The notes under the pieces: generated by a model
Database searches by the model: none
What the model was told of the DNA's origin: nothing
What the model saw: only the letters and a program-made list of their open reading frames with translations
Part shown: positions 26,367-41,187 of the stretch, piece by piece
How positions within the stretch are numbered: position 1 is the first letter of the stretch
Layout of the letters: each line of letters begins with the position of its first letter
Origin: Haliotis rufescens
Taxonomy: Eukaryota
Direction of reading: 5' to 3'
Assembly: GCF_023055435.1 (NCBI RefSeq)
Contig: NW_025964361.1
Span: forward strand, 6,572,001-6,636,000
Length of the DNA stretch: 64,000 bases
Made by a program: the position numbers and the translations under genes

Positions 26367-27351
26367 CTAAGAGAAGATCTTCCTAAAGAAGGCAGCCGCT
26401 CTCGTCAGCGCCTTTCTAAGGGGATGAATCTCTCTGTCATCCACAAAGCTGTGGTCGTCCTCGTCCTCGTACACCCAGTAGTCACTGTCATCGTCGTCAC
26501 TTGGGGCAGGATAGTAAGCGGCGTGGTTGATGGTGACGGGGGCGGGGAGCGTCTCACCGTAGACAGGGCGGGCCCAGAACGGAGTGAAAACGCTCAGGGG
26601 GTCGGGACAACGGGAAGGGGACACAGCCAGGGAACGCTACACATCGAGGGGTGGAGGGAGGGACAAAGGAAGTCAAGTGAGACAGAAATACGGGATACTT
26701 TTGCAAAGGAAACGAATCACACTTTATTATAGGGACTGGGCAGACTTAATGTGCAACAAATCAGCTATACTAGACGGAAGAATTTATAGGGTGGGCATGT
26801 AAAACTACATACACAGTCGGACTCCTCATCCTGAGACGGCCACAAACTCACAGCCGCAGGAGTGCCATAATAGCGAATTATGTCCTCCCGAGCTGAAAAA
26901 GAAAAACGAAAGCTAGCCTCAGTTAAATGTACGCCGACGGCTACGTTCAAAAAATCACAATTCATGACTTCTGACAGCTACAGTATGCCACTCGACCTCG
27001 GCCCTTTGACACCTCGAAGTCCAAGTGTATGTAGGGTTACGGGCTGTACTGCAAGACAACATTTAACCAATAAAATGGGCCAAACAGCTGCCTTTCACGG
27101 AATACGGGTTATCTTACATCTGTACAACATCGCCCGACACTATAATGTACGAACAGGTTTCATCTGAGAACCACATGTCAAGTTTACAATCTAACATTTT
27201 CAGTTATGACAATTGCAAATGGCGGCCGCCATCTTCAGTCCCGATACTGCTGCCTAACAACGACCAATTTCACGTCTAATTTAACATCTTAATACTGTTA
27301 AGTGGAATAATTGTGATCTTAAATACCTTGAATGTGAAGCCTTGTATTCAT
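26367..27351 (-). CDS. Array gene copy 8 (111 aa)
   Basis: Exons 27351-27327, 26892-26852, 26636-26367. Confidence 0.6.
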
Positions 27352-29346
27352 CTTGGAAGAAGACACACTTGGAATGATACAGCAGTGAGCGAAACGTAGA
27401 GGTCAGCGGAGCAAAAGCGATCGTTTTTCTGTTGAAAACAGAAGGGACGTCGATAACGGCAACGGTAACTACGTTACGGAGTTAAGTGAGTCAGAACGAG
27501 GCTCATCGCCAGCTTCCGGCGTGGTAAAGCCTAATGGCATTGCCAAGGGTGAAAACTGCCGGGTTTATTTCGTCTGAACACCGGTATTAAGTTGTATCTT
27601 ACAACTGAAACGTTGCCTACATCAGTTCAGAGTTTGAAAAAATTGTGCAGGTGAAACTGGGTGTTTTTCGTGCCTCCATTACCCGAAACAGGGTGAATTT
27701 TGTTCACTATGAGATGGACATTAACCTTAAACGTTTGCTATGCCGAATAGCGATACCATATAACGACCCTCTATTATACTAGCCTTCACAATACCTTTTA
27801 CATTCGACAAACTGACACGGGCTAGCAGGCTAGTAAGAATGCACATCTCTGATAATCCAAGTGGGATTTGGGAATTATTCCCAAGCCTACAGGGATAAAA
27901 TAAAAGTTCAATGGTACTGGTATTTTCCAACGTGTGCAGCGACAGTTCTTATTTGGTTTGATTTCTAATCTGGAAACACGACGACCACAGAAAAAAGCTA
28001 ATAGGAGAGAAACAATAAATGACAAGCATATTGGTTTTTACTACACTAGGCCTGAGGGGCCGACCATTTCATGTTCCTTTGGAAGGGGGAGTGGGCGACG
28101 TTGGATTTTGTATGGAGACTAGATATTTTGCAGCTACAAATGCAAAATCAGTTAATATAAACTATGAGCCTAAATAAAACATTTTTCAAAAACCCACCTT
28201 GCAACAACGTATTTTTGGTGGCCGACATGTTCTTTTTGTCCAACAGATGGAAGCATATTTAGTTTTCAATCAACTTTGGAGACAATATATTTTTTTCTGA
28301 AAAAATCCTAGCCACCCACACACTCACAGTCAGAGAAATCCTATTGACCGTCCCATTTTGAAAACCTTGATGTGGACGTACAGGGGTAGAATTCAGACCC
28401 CTTGTATCATTTAGGTATTTTTGTAGAATGCCATATACGAATATTACGTCATATATATATATATATTAATCTACTCTTGCATACAAGTGGGTGTCAATAT
28501 AGGCTTTCTACTTGCGCCTGGCCTCGGCCTATGTATAAAAGCATGCCCTCTGCAATTTCTGAAGACCACGGGCCAAAAGACCAGCAGTGAGGTGATGAGA
28601 CGAGTGGAATCCAATATTGACTGAGGCGAAGGGAGATCACTCTCAATCCCTTGTCCGACTACTGCTATTAGTTGGGTGAAGTGCTCGTAATATATCCCAT
28701 GTGGCGACACTTGTGTTTTAGAGAAGAAAGGCAATTCTCGATTCGCACTCCTTTATAAAGGAAGCCACAATTATTGTTACATTAGAAACGATTAGCTATT
28801 ATATTGGAATATAAAATTTATTCCAGATAACAAAGTATCAGAGAGCTGTCCTCAGAGAATATCCCGTGTCACAATTGTCGCCACATAAACATTTAGAAGT
28901 GTCTGATCTTAAGGTAACCCCACCTATTTAGAAATCTTCTGCTAAGTGCAGATCATGAAATTGGGACACAGCAGCACAGCAATATAGAGGCAGCATTCAC
29001 TTTTTAACAATATCCATATGAATTTATGTCTCATGTTCGGAAATCTTGGGATTTGGCCAATATTGCGATGCTGCTGTCGCCCATATATTATTAGCTGTAA
29101 GGAAGAAACACTGTAGAGAAAACAGACGACTTGTGTATACATTACAGAAACATTTATTCAGATGACCGAAAGTCGAAAGTAATATGCCTCAAGGGAGATC
29201 CAAAAACGGGCCAAAATTGTATAGAAAGTATGGTCTTGTGCCATGCTAATAAGCCAAGAGGTTTGCCGAAAGGAAGCTGAAAGTTGGGCCAAAACTGTGA
29301 GCCTAAAAATACGCCAAAAATACGCTAAGAGCGGGTATATGGAATG

Positions 29347-29385
<39 letters not shown>

Positions 29386-29830
29386 CATGTATGCTCGTTC
29401 ATTCACTCTAACCCTCACCTCTAACATGCATCCACTCTCCCTCTCACACATACAAACATACATACATACACACATTATTATACATACATGCTCATTCACT
29501 CTCTCACACTCACACACAAATACACACACATACATGCATACAGACAGACAGACAGACATGCCGATTCAATCTTTCATTTACTCTCACACACGCACACAAT
29601 ACACACACACACACACACACAAACATACATATTCATTCAGTCTCTCTTTCTCACACACTTATACATACACACACATGCATGTTCATTCAAACTTATATTT
29701 ACTCTCACACAAACGCACACATACATACATACATACATACATACATACATACATACATACATACATACATACACACCTGCTCATTCATTCACTCACTTGC
29801 ACACATTCAGACATTAAAAGGATAAGGAGT

Positions 29831-30815
29831 CTAAGAGAAGATCTTCCTAAAGAAGGCAGCCGCTCTCGTCAGCGCCTTTCTAAGGGGATGAATCTCTCTG
29901 TCATCCACAAAGCTGTGGTCGTCCTCGTCCTCGTACACCCAGTAGTCACTGTCATCGTCGTCACTTGGGGCAGGATAGTAAGCGGCGTGGTTGATGGTGA
30001 CGGGGGCGGGGAGCGTCTCACCGTAGACAGGGCGGGCCCAGAACGGAGTGAAAACGCTCAGGGGGTCGGGACAACGGGAAGGGGACACAGCCAGGGAACG
30101 CTACACATCGAGGGGTGGAGGGAGGGACAAAGGAAGTCAAGTGAGACAGAAATACGGGATACTTTTGCAAAGGAAACGAATCACACTTTATTATAGGGAC
30201 TGGGCAGACTTAATGTGCAACAAATCAGCTATACTAGACGGAAGAATTTATAGGGTGGGCATGTAAAACTACATACACAGTCGGACTCCTCATCCTGAGA
30301 CGGCCACAAACTCACAGCCGCAGGAGTGCCATAATAGCGAATTATGTCCTCCCGAGCTGAAAAAGAAAAACGAAAGCTAGCCTCAGTTAAATGTACGCCG
30401 ACGGCTACGTTCAAAAAATCACAATTCATGACTTCTGACAGCTACAGTATGCCACTCGACCTCGGCCCTTTGACACCTCGAAGTCCAAGTGTATGTAGGG
30501 TTACGGGCTGTACTGCAAGACAACATTTAACCAATAAAATGGGCCAAACAGCTGCCTTTCACGGAATACGGGTTATCTTACATCTGTACAACATCGCCCG
30601 ACACTATAATGTACGAACAGGTTTCATCTGAGAACCACATGTCAAGTTTACAATCTAACATTTTCAGTTATGACAATTGCAAATGGCGGCCGCCATCTTC
30701 AGTCCCGATAATGCTGCCTAACAACGACCAATTTCACGTCTAATTTAACATCTTAATACTGTTAAGTGGAATAATTGTGATCTTAAATACCTTGAATGTG
30801 AAGCCTTGTATTCAT
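29831..30815 (-). CDS. Array gene copy 9 (111 aa)
   Basis: Exons 30815-30791, 30356-30316, 30100-29831. Confidence 0.6.
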
Positions 30816-32809
30816 CTTGGAAGAAGACACACTTGGAATGATACAGCAGTGAGCGAAACGTAGAGGTCAGCGGAGCAAAAGCGATCGTTTTTCTGTTGAA
30901 AACAGAAGGGACGTCGATAACGGCAACGGTAACTACGTTACGGAGTTCGATGAGTCAGAACGAGGCTCATCGCCAGCTTCCGGCGTGGTAAAGCCTAATG
31001 GCATTGCCAAGGGTGAAAACTGCCGGGTTTATTTCGTCTGAACACCGGTATTAAGTTGTATCTTACAACTGAAACGTTGCCTACATCAGTTCAGAGTTTG
31101 AAAAAATTGTGCAGGTGAAACTGGGTGTTTTTCGTGCCTCCATTACCCGAAACAGGGTGAATTTTGTTCACTATGAGATGGACATTAACCTTAAACGTTT
31201 GCTATGCCGAATAGCGATACCATATAACGACCCTCTATTATACTAGCCTTCACAATACCTTTTACATTCGACAAACTGACACGGGCTAGCAGGCTAGTAA
31301 GAATGCACATCTCTGATAATCCAAGTGGGATTTGGGAATTATTCCCAAGCCTACAGGGATAAAATAAAAGTTCAATGGTACTGGTATTTTCCAACGTGTG
31401 CAGCGACAGTTCTTATTTGGTTTGATTTCTAATCTGGAAACACGACGACCACAGAAAATAGCTAATAGGAGAGAAAGATAAATGACAAGCATATTGGTTT
31501 TTACTACACTAGGCCTGAGGGGCCGACCATTTCATGTTCCTTTGGAAGGGGGAGTGGGCGACGTTGGATTTTGTATGGAGACTAGATATTTTGCAGCTAC
31601 AAATGCAAAATCAGTTAATATAAACTATGAGCCTAAATAAAACATTTTTCAAAAACCCACCTTGCAACAACGTATTTTTGGTGGCCGACATGTTCTTTTT
31701 GTCCAACAGATGGAAGCATATTTAGTTTTCAATCAACTTTGGAGACAATATATTTTTTTCTGAAAAAATCCTAGCCACCCACACACTCACAGTCAGAGAA
31801 ATCCTATTGACCGTCCCATTTTGAAAACCTTGATGTGGACGTACAGGGGTAGAATTCAGACCCCTTGTATCATTTAGGTATTTTTGTAGAATGCCAGATA
31901 CGAATATTACGTCATATATATATATATATTAATCTACTCTTGCATACAAGTGGGTGTCAATATAGGCTTTCTACTTGCGCCTGGCCTCGGCCTATGTATA
32001 AAAGCATGCCCTCTGCAATTTCTGAAGACCACGGGCCAAAAGACCAGCAGTGAGGTGATGAGACGAGTGGAATCCAATATTGACTGAGGCGAAGGGAGAT
32101 CACTCTCAATCCCTTGTCCGACTACTGCTATTAGTTGGGTGAAGTGCTCGTAATATATCCCATGTGGCGACACTTGTGTTTTAGAGAAGAAAGGCAATTC
32201 TCGATTCGCACTCCTTTATAAAGGAAGCCACAATTATTGTTACATTAGAAACGATTAGCTATTATATTGGAATATAAAATTTATTCCAGATAACAAAGTA
32301 TCAGAGAGCTGTCCTCGGAGAATATCCCGTGTCACATTTGTCGCCACATAAACATTTAGAAGTGTCTGATCTTAAGGTAACCCCACCTATTTAGAAATCT
32401 TCTGCTAAGTGCAGATCATGAAATTGGGACACAGCAGCACAGCAATATAGAGGCAGCATTCACTTTTTAACAATATCCATATGAATTTATGTCTCATGTT
32501 CGGAAATCTTGGGATTTGGCCAATATTGCGATGCTGCTGTCGCCCATATATTATTAGCTGTAAGGAAGAAACACTGTAGAGAAAACAGACGACTTGTGTA
32601 TACATTACAGAAACATTTATTCAGATGACCGAAAGTCGAAAGTAATATGCCTCAAGGGAGATCCAAAAACGGGCCAAAATTGTATAGAAAGTATGGTCTT
32701 GTGCCATGCTAATAAGCCAAGAGGTTTGCCGAAAGGAAGCTGAAAGTTGGGCCAAAACTGTGAGCCTAAAAATACGCCAAAAATACGCTAAGAGCGGGTA
32801 TATGGAATG

Positions 32810-32860
<51 letters not shown>

Positions 32861-33290
32861 CTGTATGCTCGTTCATTCACTCTAACCCTCACCTCTAACA
32901 TGCATCCACTCTCCCTCTCACACATACAAACATACATACACACATTATTATACATACATGCTCATTCACTCTCTCACACTCACACACAAATACACACACA
33001 TACATGCATACAGACAGACAGACAGACATGCCGATTCAATCTTTCATTTACTCTCACACACGCACACAATACACACACACACACACACACACAAACATAC
33101 ATATTCATTCAGTCTCTCTTTCTCACACACTTATACATACACACACATGCATGTTCATTCAAACTTATATTTACTCTCACACAAACGCACACATACATAC
33201 ATACATACATACATACATACATACATACATACACACCTGCTCATTCATTCACTCACTTGCACACATTCAGACATTAAAAGGATAAGGAGT

Positions 33291-34275
33291 CTAAGAGAAG
33301 ATCTTCCTAAAGAAGGCAGCCGCTCTCGTCAGCGCCTTTCTAAGGGGATGAATCTCTCTGTCATCCACAAAGCTGTGGTCGTCCTCGTCCTCGTACACCC
33401 AGTAGTCACTGTCATCGTCGTCACTTGGGGCAGGATAGTAAGCGGCGTGGTTGATGGTGACGGGGGCGGGGAGCGTCTCACCGTAGACAGGGCGGGCCCA
33501 GAACGGAGTGAAAACGCTCAGGGGGTCGGGACAACGGGAAGGGGACACAGCCAGGGAACGCTACACATCGAGGGGTGGAGGGAGGGACAAAGGAAGTCAA
33601 GTGAGACAGAAATACGGGATACTTTTGCAAAGGAAACGAATCACACTTTATTATAGGGACTGGGCAGACTTAATGTGCAACAAATCAGCTATACTAGACG
33701 GAAGAATTTATAGGGTGGGCATGTAAAACTACATACACAGTCGGACTCCTCATCCTGAGACGGCCACAAACTCACAGCCGCAGGAGTGCCATAATAGCGA
33801 ATTATGTCCTCCCGAGCTGAAAAAGAAAAACGAAAGCTAGCCTCAGTTAAATGTACGCCGACGGCTACGTTCAAAAAATCACAATTCATGACTTCTGACA
33901 GCTACAGTATGCCACTCGACCTCGGCCCTTTGACACCTCGAAGTCCAAGTGTATGTAGGGTTACGGGCTGTACTGCAAGACAACATTTAACCAATAAAAT
34001 GGGCCAAACAGCTGCCTTTCACGGAATACGGGTTATCTTACATCTGTACAACATCGCCCGACACTATAATGTACGAACAGGTTTCATCTGAGAACCACAT
34101 GTCAAGTTTACAATCTAACATTTTCAGTTATGACAATTGCAAATGGCGGCCGCCATCTTCAGTCCCGATACTGCTGCCTAACAACGACCAATTTCACGTC
34201 TAATTTAACATCTTAATACTGTTAAGTGGAATAATTGTGATCTTAAATACCTTGAATGTGAAGCCTTGTATTCAT
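33291..34275 (-). CDS. Array gene copy 10 (111 aa)
   Basis: Exons 34275-34251, 33816-33776, 33560-33291. Confidence 0.6.
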
Positions 34276-36270
34276 CTTGGAAGAAGACACACTTGGAATG
34301 ATACAGCAGTGAGCGAAACGTAGAGGTCAGCGGAGCAAAAGCGATCGTTTTTCTGTTGAAAACAGAAGGGACGTCGATAACGGCAACGGTAACTACGTTA
34401 CGGAGTTAAGTGAGTCAGAACGAGGCTCATCGCCAGCTTCCGGCGTGGTAAAGCCTAATGGCATTGCCAAGGGTGAAAACTGCCGGGTTTATTTCGTCTG
34501 AACACCGGTATTAAGTTGTATCTTACAACTGAAACGTTGCCTACATCAGTTCAGAGTTTGAAAAAATTGTGCAGGTGAAACTGGGTGTTTTTCGTGCCTC
34601 CATTACCCGAAACAGGGTGAATTTTGTTCACTATGAGATGGACATTAACCTTAAACGTTTGCTATGCCGAATAGCGATACCATATAACGACCCTCTATTA
34701 TACTAGCCTTCACAATACCTTTTACATTCGACAAACTGACACGGGCTAGCAGGCTAGTAAGAATGCACATCTCTGATAATCCAAGTGGGATTTGGGAATT
34801 ATTCCCAAGCCTACAGGGATAAAATAAAAGTTCAATGGTACTGGTATTTTCCAACGTGTGCAGCGACAGTTCTTATTTGGTTTGATTTCTAATCTGGAAA
34901 CACGACGACCACAGAAAAAAGCTAATAGGAGAGAAACAATAAATGACAAGCATATTGGTTTTTACTACACTAGGCCTGAGGGGCCGACCATTTCATGTTC
35001 CTTTGGAAGGGGGAGTGGGCGACGTTGGATTTTGTATGGAGACTAGATATTTTGCAGCTACAAATGCAAAATCAGTTAATATAAACTATGAGCCTAAATA
35101 AAACATTTTTCAAAAACCCACCTTGCAACAACGTATTTTTGGTGGCCGACATGTTCTTTTTGTCCAACAGATGGAAGCATATTTAGTTTTCAATCAACTT
35201 TGGAGACAATATATTTTTTTCTGAAAAAATCCTAGCCACCCACACACTCACAGTCAGAGAAATCCTATTGACCGTCCCATTTTGAAAACCTTGATGTGGA
35301 CGTACAGGGGTAGAATTCAGACCCCTTGTATCATTTAGGTATTTTTGTAGAATGCCATATACGAATATTACGTCATATATATATATATATTAATCTACTC
35401 TTGCATACAAGTGGGTGTCAATATAGGCTTTCTACTTGCGCCTGGCCTCGGCCTATGTATAAAAGCATGCCCTCTGCAATTTCTGAAGACCACGGGCCAA
35501 AAGACCAGCAGTGAGGTGATGAGACGAGTGGAATCCAATATTGACTGAGGCGAAGGGAGATCACTCTCAATCCCTTGTCCGACTACTGCTATTAGTTGGG
35601 TGAAGTGCTCGTAATATATCCCATGTGGCGACACTTGTGTTTTAGAGAAGAAAGGCAATTCTCGATTCGCACTCCTTTATAAAGGAAGCCACAATTATTG
35701 TTACATTAGAAACGATTAGCTATTATATTGGAATATAAAATTTATTCCAGATAACAAAGTATCAGAGAGCTGTCCTCAGAGAATATCCCGTGTCACAATT
35801 GTCGCCACATAAACATTTAGAAGTGTCTGATCTTAAGGTAACCCCACCTATTTAGAAATCTTCTGCTAAGTGCAGATCATGAAATTGGGACACAGCAGCA
35901 CAGCAATATAGAGGCAGCATTCACTTTTTAACAATATCCATATGAATTTATGTCTCATGTTCGGAAATCTTGGGATTTGGCCAATATTGCGATGCTGCTG
36001 TCGCCCATATATTATTAGCTGTAAGGAAGAAACACTGTAGAGAAAACAGACGACTTGTGTATACATTACAGAAACATTTATTCAGATGACCGAAAGTCGA
36101 AAGTAATATGCCTCAAGGGAGATCCAAAAACGGGCCAAAATTGTATAGAAAGTATGGTCTTGTGCCATGCTAATAAGCCAAGAGGTTTGCCGAAAGGAAG
36201 CTGAAAGTTGGGCCAAAACTGTGAGCCTAAAAATACGCCAAAAATACGCTAAGAGCGGGTATATGGAATG

Positions 36271-36309
<39 letters not shown>

Positions 36310-36750
36310 CATGTATGCTCGTTCATTCACTCTAACCCTCACCTCTAACATGCATCCACTCTCCCTCTCACACATACAAACATACATACATACACACATT
36401 ATTATACATACATGCTCATTCACTCTCTCACACTCACACACAAATACACACACATACATGCATACAGACAGACAGACAGACATGCCGATTCAATCTTTCA
36501 TTTACTCTCACACACGCACACAATACACACACACACACACACACAAACATACATATTCATTCAGTCTCTCTTTCTCACACACTTATACATACACACACAT
36601 GCATGTTCATTCAAACTTATATTTACTCTCACACAAACGCACACATACATACATACATACATACATACATACATACATACATACATACATACACACCTGC
36701 TCATTCATTCACTCACTTGCACACATTCAGACATTAAAAGGATAAGGAGT

Positions 36751-37735
36751 CTAAGAGAAGATCTTCCTAAAGAAGGCAGCCGCTCTCGTCAGCGCCTTTC
36801 TAAGGGGATGAATCTCTCTGTCATCCACAAAGCTGTGGTCGTCCTCGTCCTCGTACACCCAGTAGTCACTGTCATCGTCGTCACTTGGGGCAGGATAGTA
36901 AGCGGCGTGGTTGATGGTGACGGGGGCGGGGAGCGTCTCACCGTAGACAGGGCGGGCCCAGAACGGAGTGAAAACGCTCAGGGGGTCGGGACAACGGGAA
37001 GGGGACACAGCCAGGGAACGCTACACATCGAGGGGTGGAGGGAGGGACAAAGGAAGTCAAGTGAGACAGAAATACGGGATACTTTTGCAAAGGAAACGAA
37101 TCACACTTTATTATAGGGACTGGGCAGACTTAATGTGCAACAAATCAGCTATACTAGACGGAAGAATTTATAGGGTGGGCATGTAAAACTACATACACAG
37201 TCGGACTCCTCATCCTGAGACGGCCACAAACTCACAGCCGCAGGAGTGCCATAATAGCGAATTATGTCCTCCCGAGCTGAAAAAGAAAAACGAAAGCTAG
37301 CCTCAGTTAAATGTACGCCGACGGCTACGTTCAAAAAATCACAATTCATGACTTCTGACAGCTACAGTATGCCACTCGACCTCGGCCCTTTGACACCTCG
37401 AAGTCCAAGTGTATGTAGGGTTACGGGCTGTACTGCAAGACAACATTTAACCAATAAAATGGGCCAAACAGCTGCCTTTCACGGAATACGGGTTATCTTA
37501 CATCTGTACAACATCGCCCGACACTATAATGTACGAACAGGTTTCATCTGAGAACCACATGTCAAGTTTACAATCTAACATTTTCAGTTATGACAATTGC
37601 AAATGGCGGCCGCCATCTTCAGTCCCGATAATGCTGCCTAACAACGACCAATTTCACGTCTAATTTAACATCTTAATACTGTTAAGTGGAATAATTGTGA
37701 TCTTAAATACCTTGAATGTGAAGCCTTGTATTCAT
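36751..37735 (-). CDS. Array gene copy 11 (111 aa)
   Basis: Exons 37735-37711, 37276-37236, 37020-36751. Confidence 0.6.
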
Positions 37736-40202
37736 CTTGGAAGAAGACACACTTGGAATGATACAGCAGTGAGCGAAACGTAGAGGTCAGCGGAGCAAAA
37801 GCGATCGTTTTTCTGTTGAAAACAGAAGGGACGTCGATAACGGCAACGGTAACTACGTTACGGAGTTCGATGAGTCAGAACGAGGCTCATCGCCAGCTTC
37901 CGGCGTGGTAAAGCCTAATGGCATTGCCAAGGGTGAAAACTGCCGGGTTTATTTCGTCTGAACACCGGTATTAAGTTGTATCTTACAACTGAAACGTTGC
38001 CTACATCAGTTCAGAGTTTGAAAAAATTGTGCAGGTGAAACTGGGTGTTTTTCGTGCCTCCATTACCCGAAACAGGGTGAATTTTGTTCACTATGAGATG
38101 GACATTAACCTTAAACGTTTGCTATGCCGAATAGCGATACCATATAACGACCCTCTATTATACTAGCCTTCACAATACCTTTTACATTCGACAAACTGAC
38201 ACGGGCTAGCAGGCTAGTAAGAATGCACATCTCTGATAATCCAAGTGGGATTTGGGAATTATTCCCAAGCCTACAGGGATAAAATAAAAGTTCAATGGTA
38301 CTGGTATTTTCCAACGTGTGCAGCGACAGTTCTTATTTGGTTTGATTTCTAATCTGGAAACACGACGACCACAGAAAAAAGCTAATAGGAGAGAAACAAT
38401 AAATGACAAGCATATTGGTTTTTACTACACTAGGCCTGAGGGGCCGACCATTTCATGTTCCTTTGGAAGGGGGAGTGGGCGACGTTGGATTTTGTATGGA
38501 GACTAGATATTTTGCAGCTACAAATGCAAAATCAGTTAATATAAACTATGAGCCTAAATAAAACATTTTTCAAAAACCCACCTTGCAACAACGTATTTTT
38601 GGTGGCCGACATGTTCTTTTTGTCCAACAGATGGAAGCATATTTAGTTTTCAATCAACTTTGGAGACAATATATTTTTTTCTGAAAAAATCCTAGCCACC
38701 CACACACTCACAGTCAGAGAAATCCTATTGACCGTCCCATTTTGAAAACCTTGATGTGGACGTACAGGGGTAGAATTCAGACCCCTTGTATCATTTAGGT
38801 ATTTTTGTAGAATGCCAGATACGAATATTACGTCATATATATATATATATTAATCTACTCTTGCATACAAGTGGGTGTCAATATAGGCTTTCTACTTGCG
38901 CCTGGCCTCGGCCTATGTATAAAAGCATGCCCTCTGCAATTTCTGAAGACCACGGGCCAAAAGACCAGCAGTGAGGTGATGAGACGAGTGGAATCCAATA
39001 TTGACTGAGGCGAAGGGAGATCACTCTCAATCCCTTGTCCGACTACTGCTATTAGTTGGGTGAAGTGCTCGTAATATATCCCATGTGGCGACACTTGTGT
39101 TTTAGAGAAGAAAGGCAATTCTCGATTCGCACTCCTTTATAAAGGAAGCCACAATTATTGTTACATTAGAAACGATTAGCTATTATATTGGAATATAAAA
39201 TTTATTCCAGATAACAAAGTATCAGAGAGCTGTCCTCAGAGAATATCCCGTGTCACAATTGTCGCCACATAAACATTTAGAAGTGTCTGATCTTAAGGTA
39301 ACCCCACCTATTTAGAAATCTTCTGCTAAGTGCAGATCATGAAATTGGGACACAGCAGCACAGCAATATAGAGGCAGCATTCACTTTTTAACAATATCCA
39401 TATGAATTTATGTCTCATGTTCGGAAATCTTGGGATTTGGCCAATATTGCGATGCTGCTGTCGCCCATATATTATTAGCTGTAAGGAAGAAACACTGTAG
39501 AGAAAACAGACGACTTGTGTATACATTACAGAAACATTTATTCAGATGACCGAAAGTCGAAAGTAATATGCCTCAAGGGAGATCCAAAAACGGGCCAAAA
39601 TTGTATAGAAAGTATGGTCTTGTGCCATGCTAATAAGCCAAGAGGTTTGCCGAAAGGAAGCTGAAAGTTGGGCCAAAACTGTGAGCCTAAAAATACGCCA
39701 AAAATACGCTAAGAGCGGGTATATGGAATGGTACTCTCTCTCTCTCTCTCTCTCTCATACATGTATGCTCGTTCATTCACTCTAACCCTCACCTCTAACA
39801 TGCATCCACTCTCCCTCTCACACATACAAACATACATACATACACACATTATTATACATACATGCTCATTCACTCTGTCACACTCACACACAAATACACA
39901 CACATACATGCATACAGACAGACAGACAGACATGCCGATTCAATCTTTCATTTACTCTCACACACGCACACAATACACACACACACACACACACACAAAC
40001 ATACATATTCATTCAGTCTCTCTTTCTCACACACTTATACGTACACACACATGCATGTTCATTCAAACTTATATTTACTCTCACACAAACGCACACATAC
40101 ATACATACATACATACATACATACATACATACATACATACATACACACCTGCTCATTCATTCACTCACTTGCACACATTCAGACATTAAAAGGATAAGGA
40201 GT

Positions 40203-41187
40203 CTAAGAGAAGATCTTCCTAAAGAAGGCAGCCGCTCTCGTCAGCGCCTTTCTAAGGGGATGAATCTCTCTGTCATCCACAAAGCTGTGGTCGTCCTCGT
40301 CCTCGTACACCCAGTAGTCACTGTCATCGTCGTCACTTGGGGCAGGATAGTAAGCGGCGTGGTTGATGGTGACGGGGGCGGGGAGCGTCTCACCGTAGAC
40401 AGGGCGGGCCCAGAACGGAGTGAAAACGCTCAGGGGGTCGGGACAACGGGAAGGGGACACAGCCAGGGAACGCTACACATCGAGGGGTGGAGGGAGGGAC
40501 AAAGGAAGTCAAGTGAGACAGAAATACGGGATACTTTTGCAAAGGAAACGAATCACACTTTATTATAGGGACTGGGCAGACTTAATGTGCAACAAATCAG
40601 CTATACTAGACGGAAGAATTTATAGGGTGGGCATGTAAAACTACATACACAGTCGGACTCCTCATCCTGAGACGGCCACAAACTCACAGCCGCAGGAGTG
40701 CCATAATAGCGAATTATGTCCTCCCGAGCTGAAAAAGAAAAACGAAAGCTAGCCTCAGTTAAATGTACGCCGACGGCTACGTTCAAAAAATCACAATTCA
40801 TGACTTCTGACAGCTACAGTATGCCACTCGACCTCGGCCCTTTGACACCTCGAAGTCCAAGTGTATGTAGGGTTACGGGCTGTACTGCAAGACAACATTT
40901 AACCAATAAAATGGGCCAAACAGCTGCCTTTCACGGAATACGGGTTATCTTACATCTGTACAACATCGCCCGACACTATAATGTACGAACAGGTTTCATC
41001 TGAGAACCACATGTCAAGTTTACAATCTAACATTTTCAGTTATGACAATTGCAAATGGCGGCCGCCATCTTCAGTCCCGATAATGCTGCCTAACAACGAC
41101 CAATTTCACGTCTAATTTAACATCTTAATACTGTTAAGTGGAATAATTGTGATCTTAAATACCTTGAATGTGAAGCCTTGTATTCAT
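40203..41187 (-). CDS. Array gene copy 12 (111 aa)
   Basis: Exons 41187-41163, 40728-40688, 40472-40203. Confidence 0.6.
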
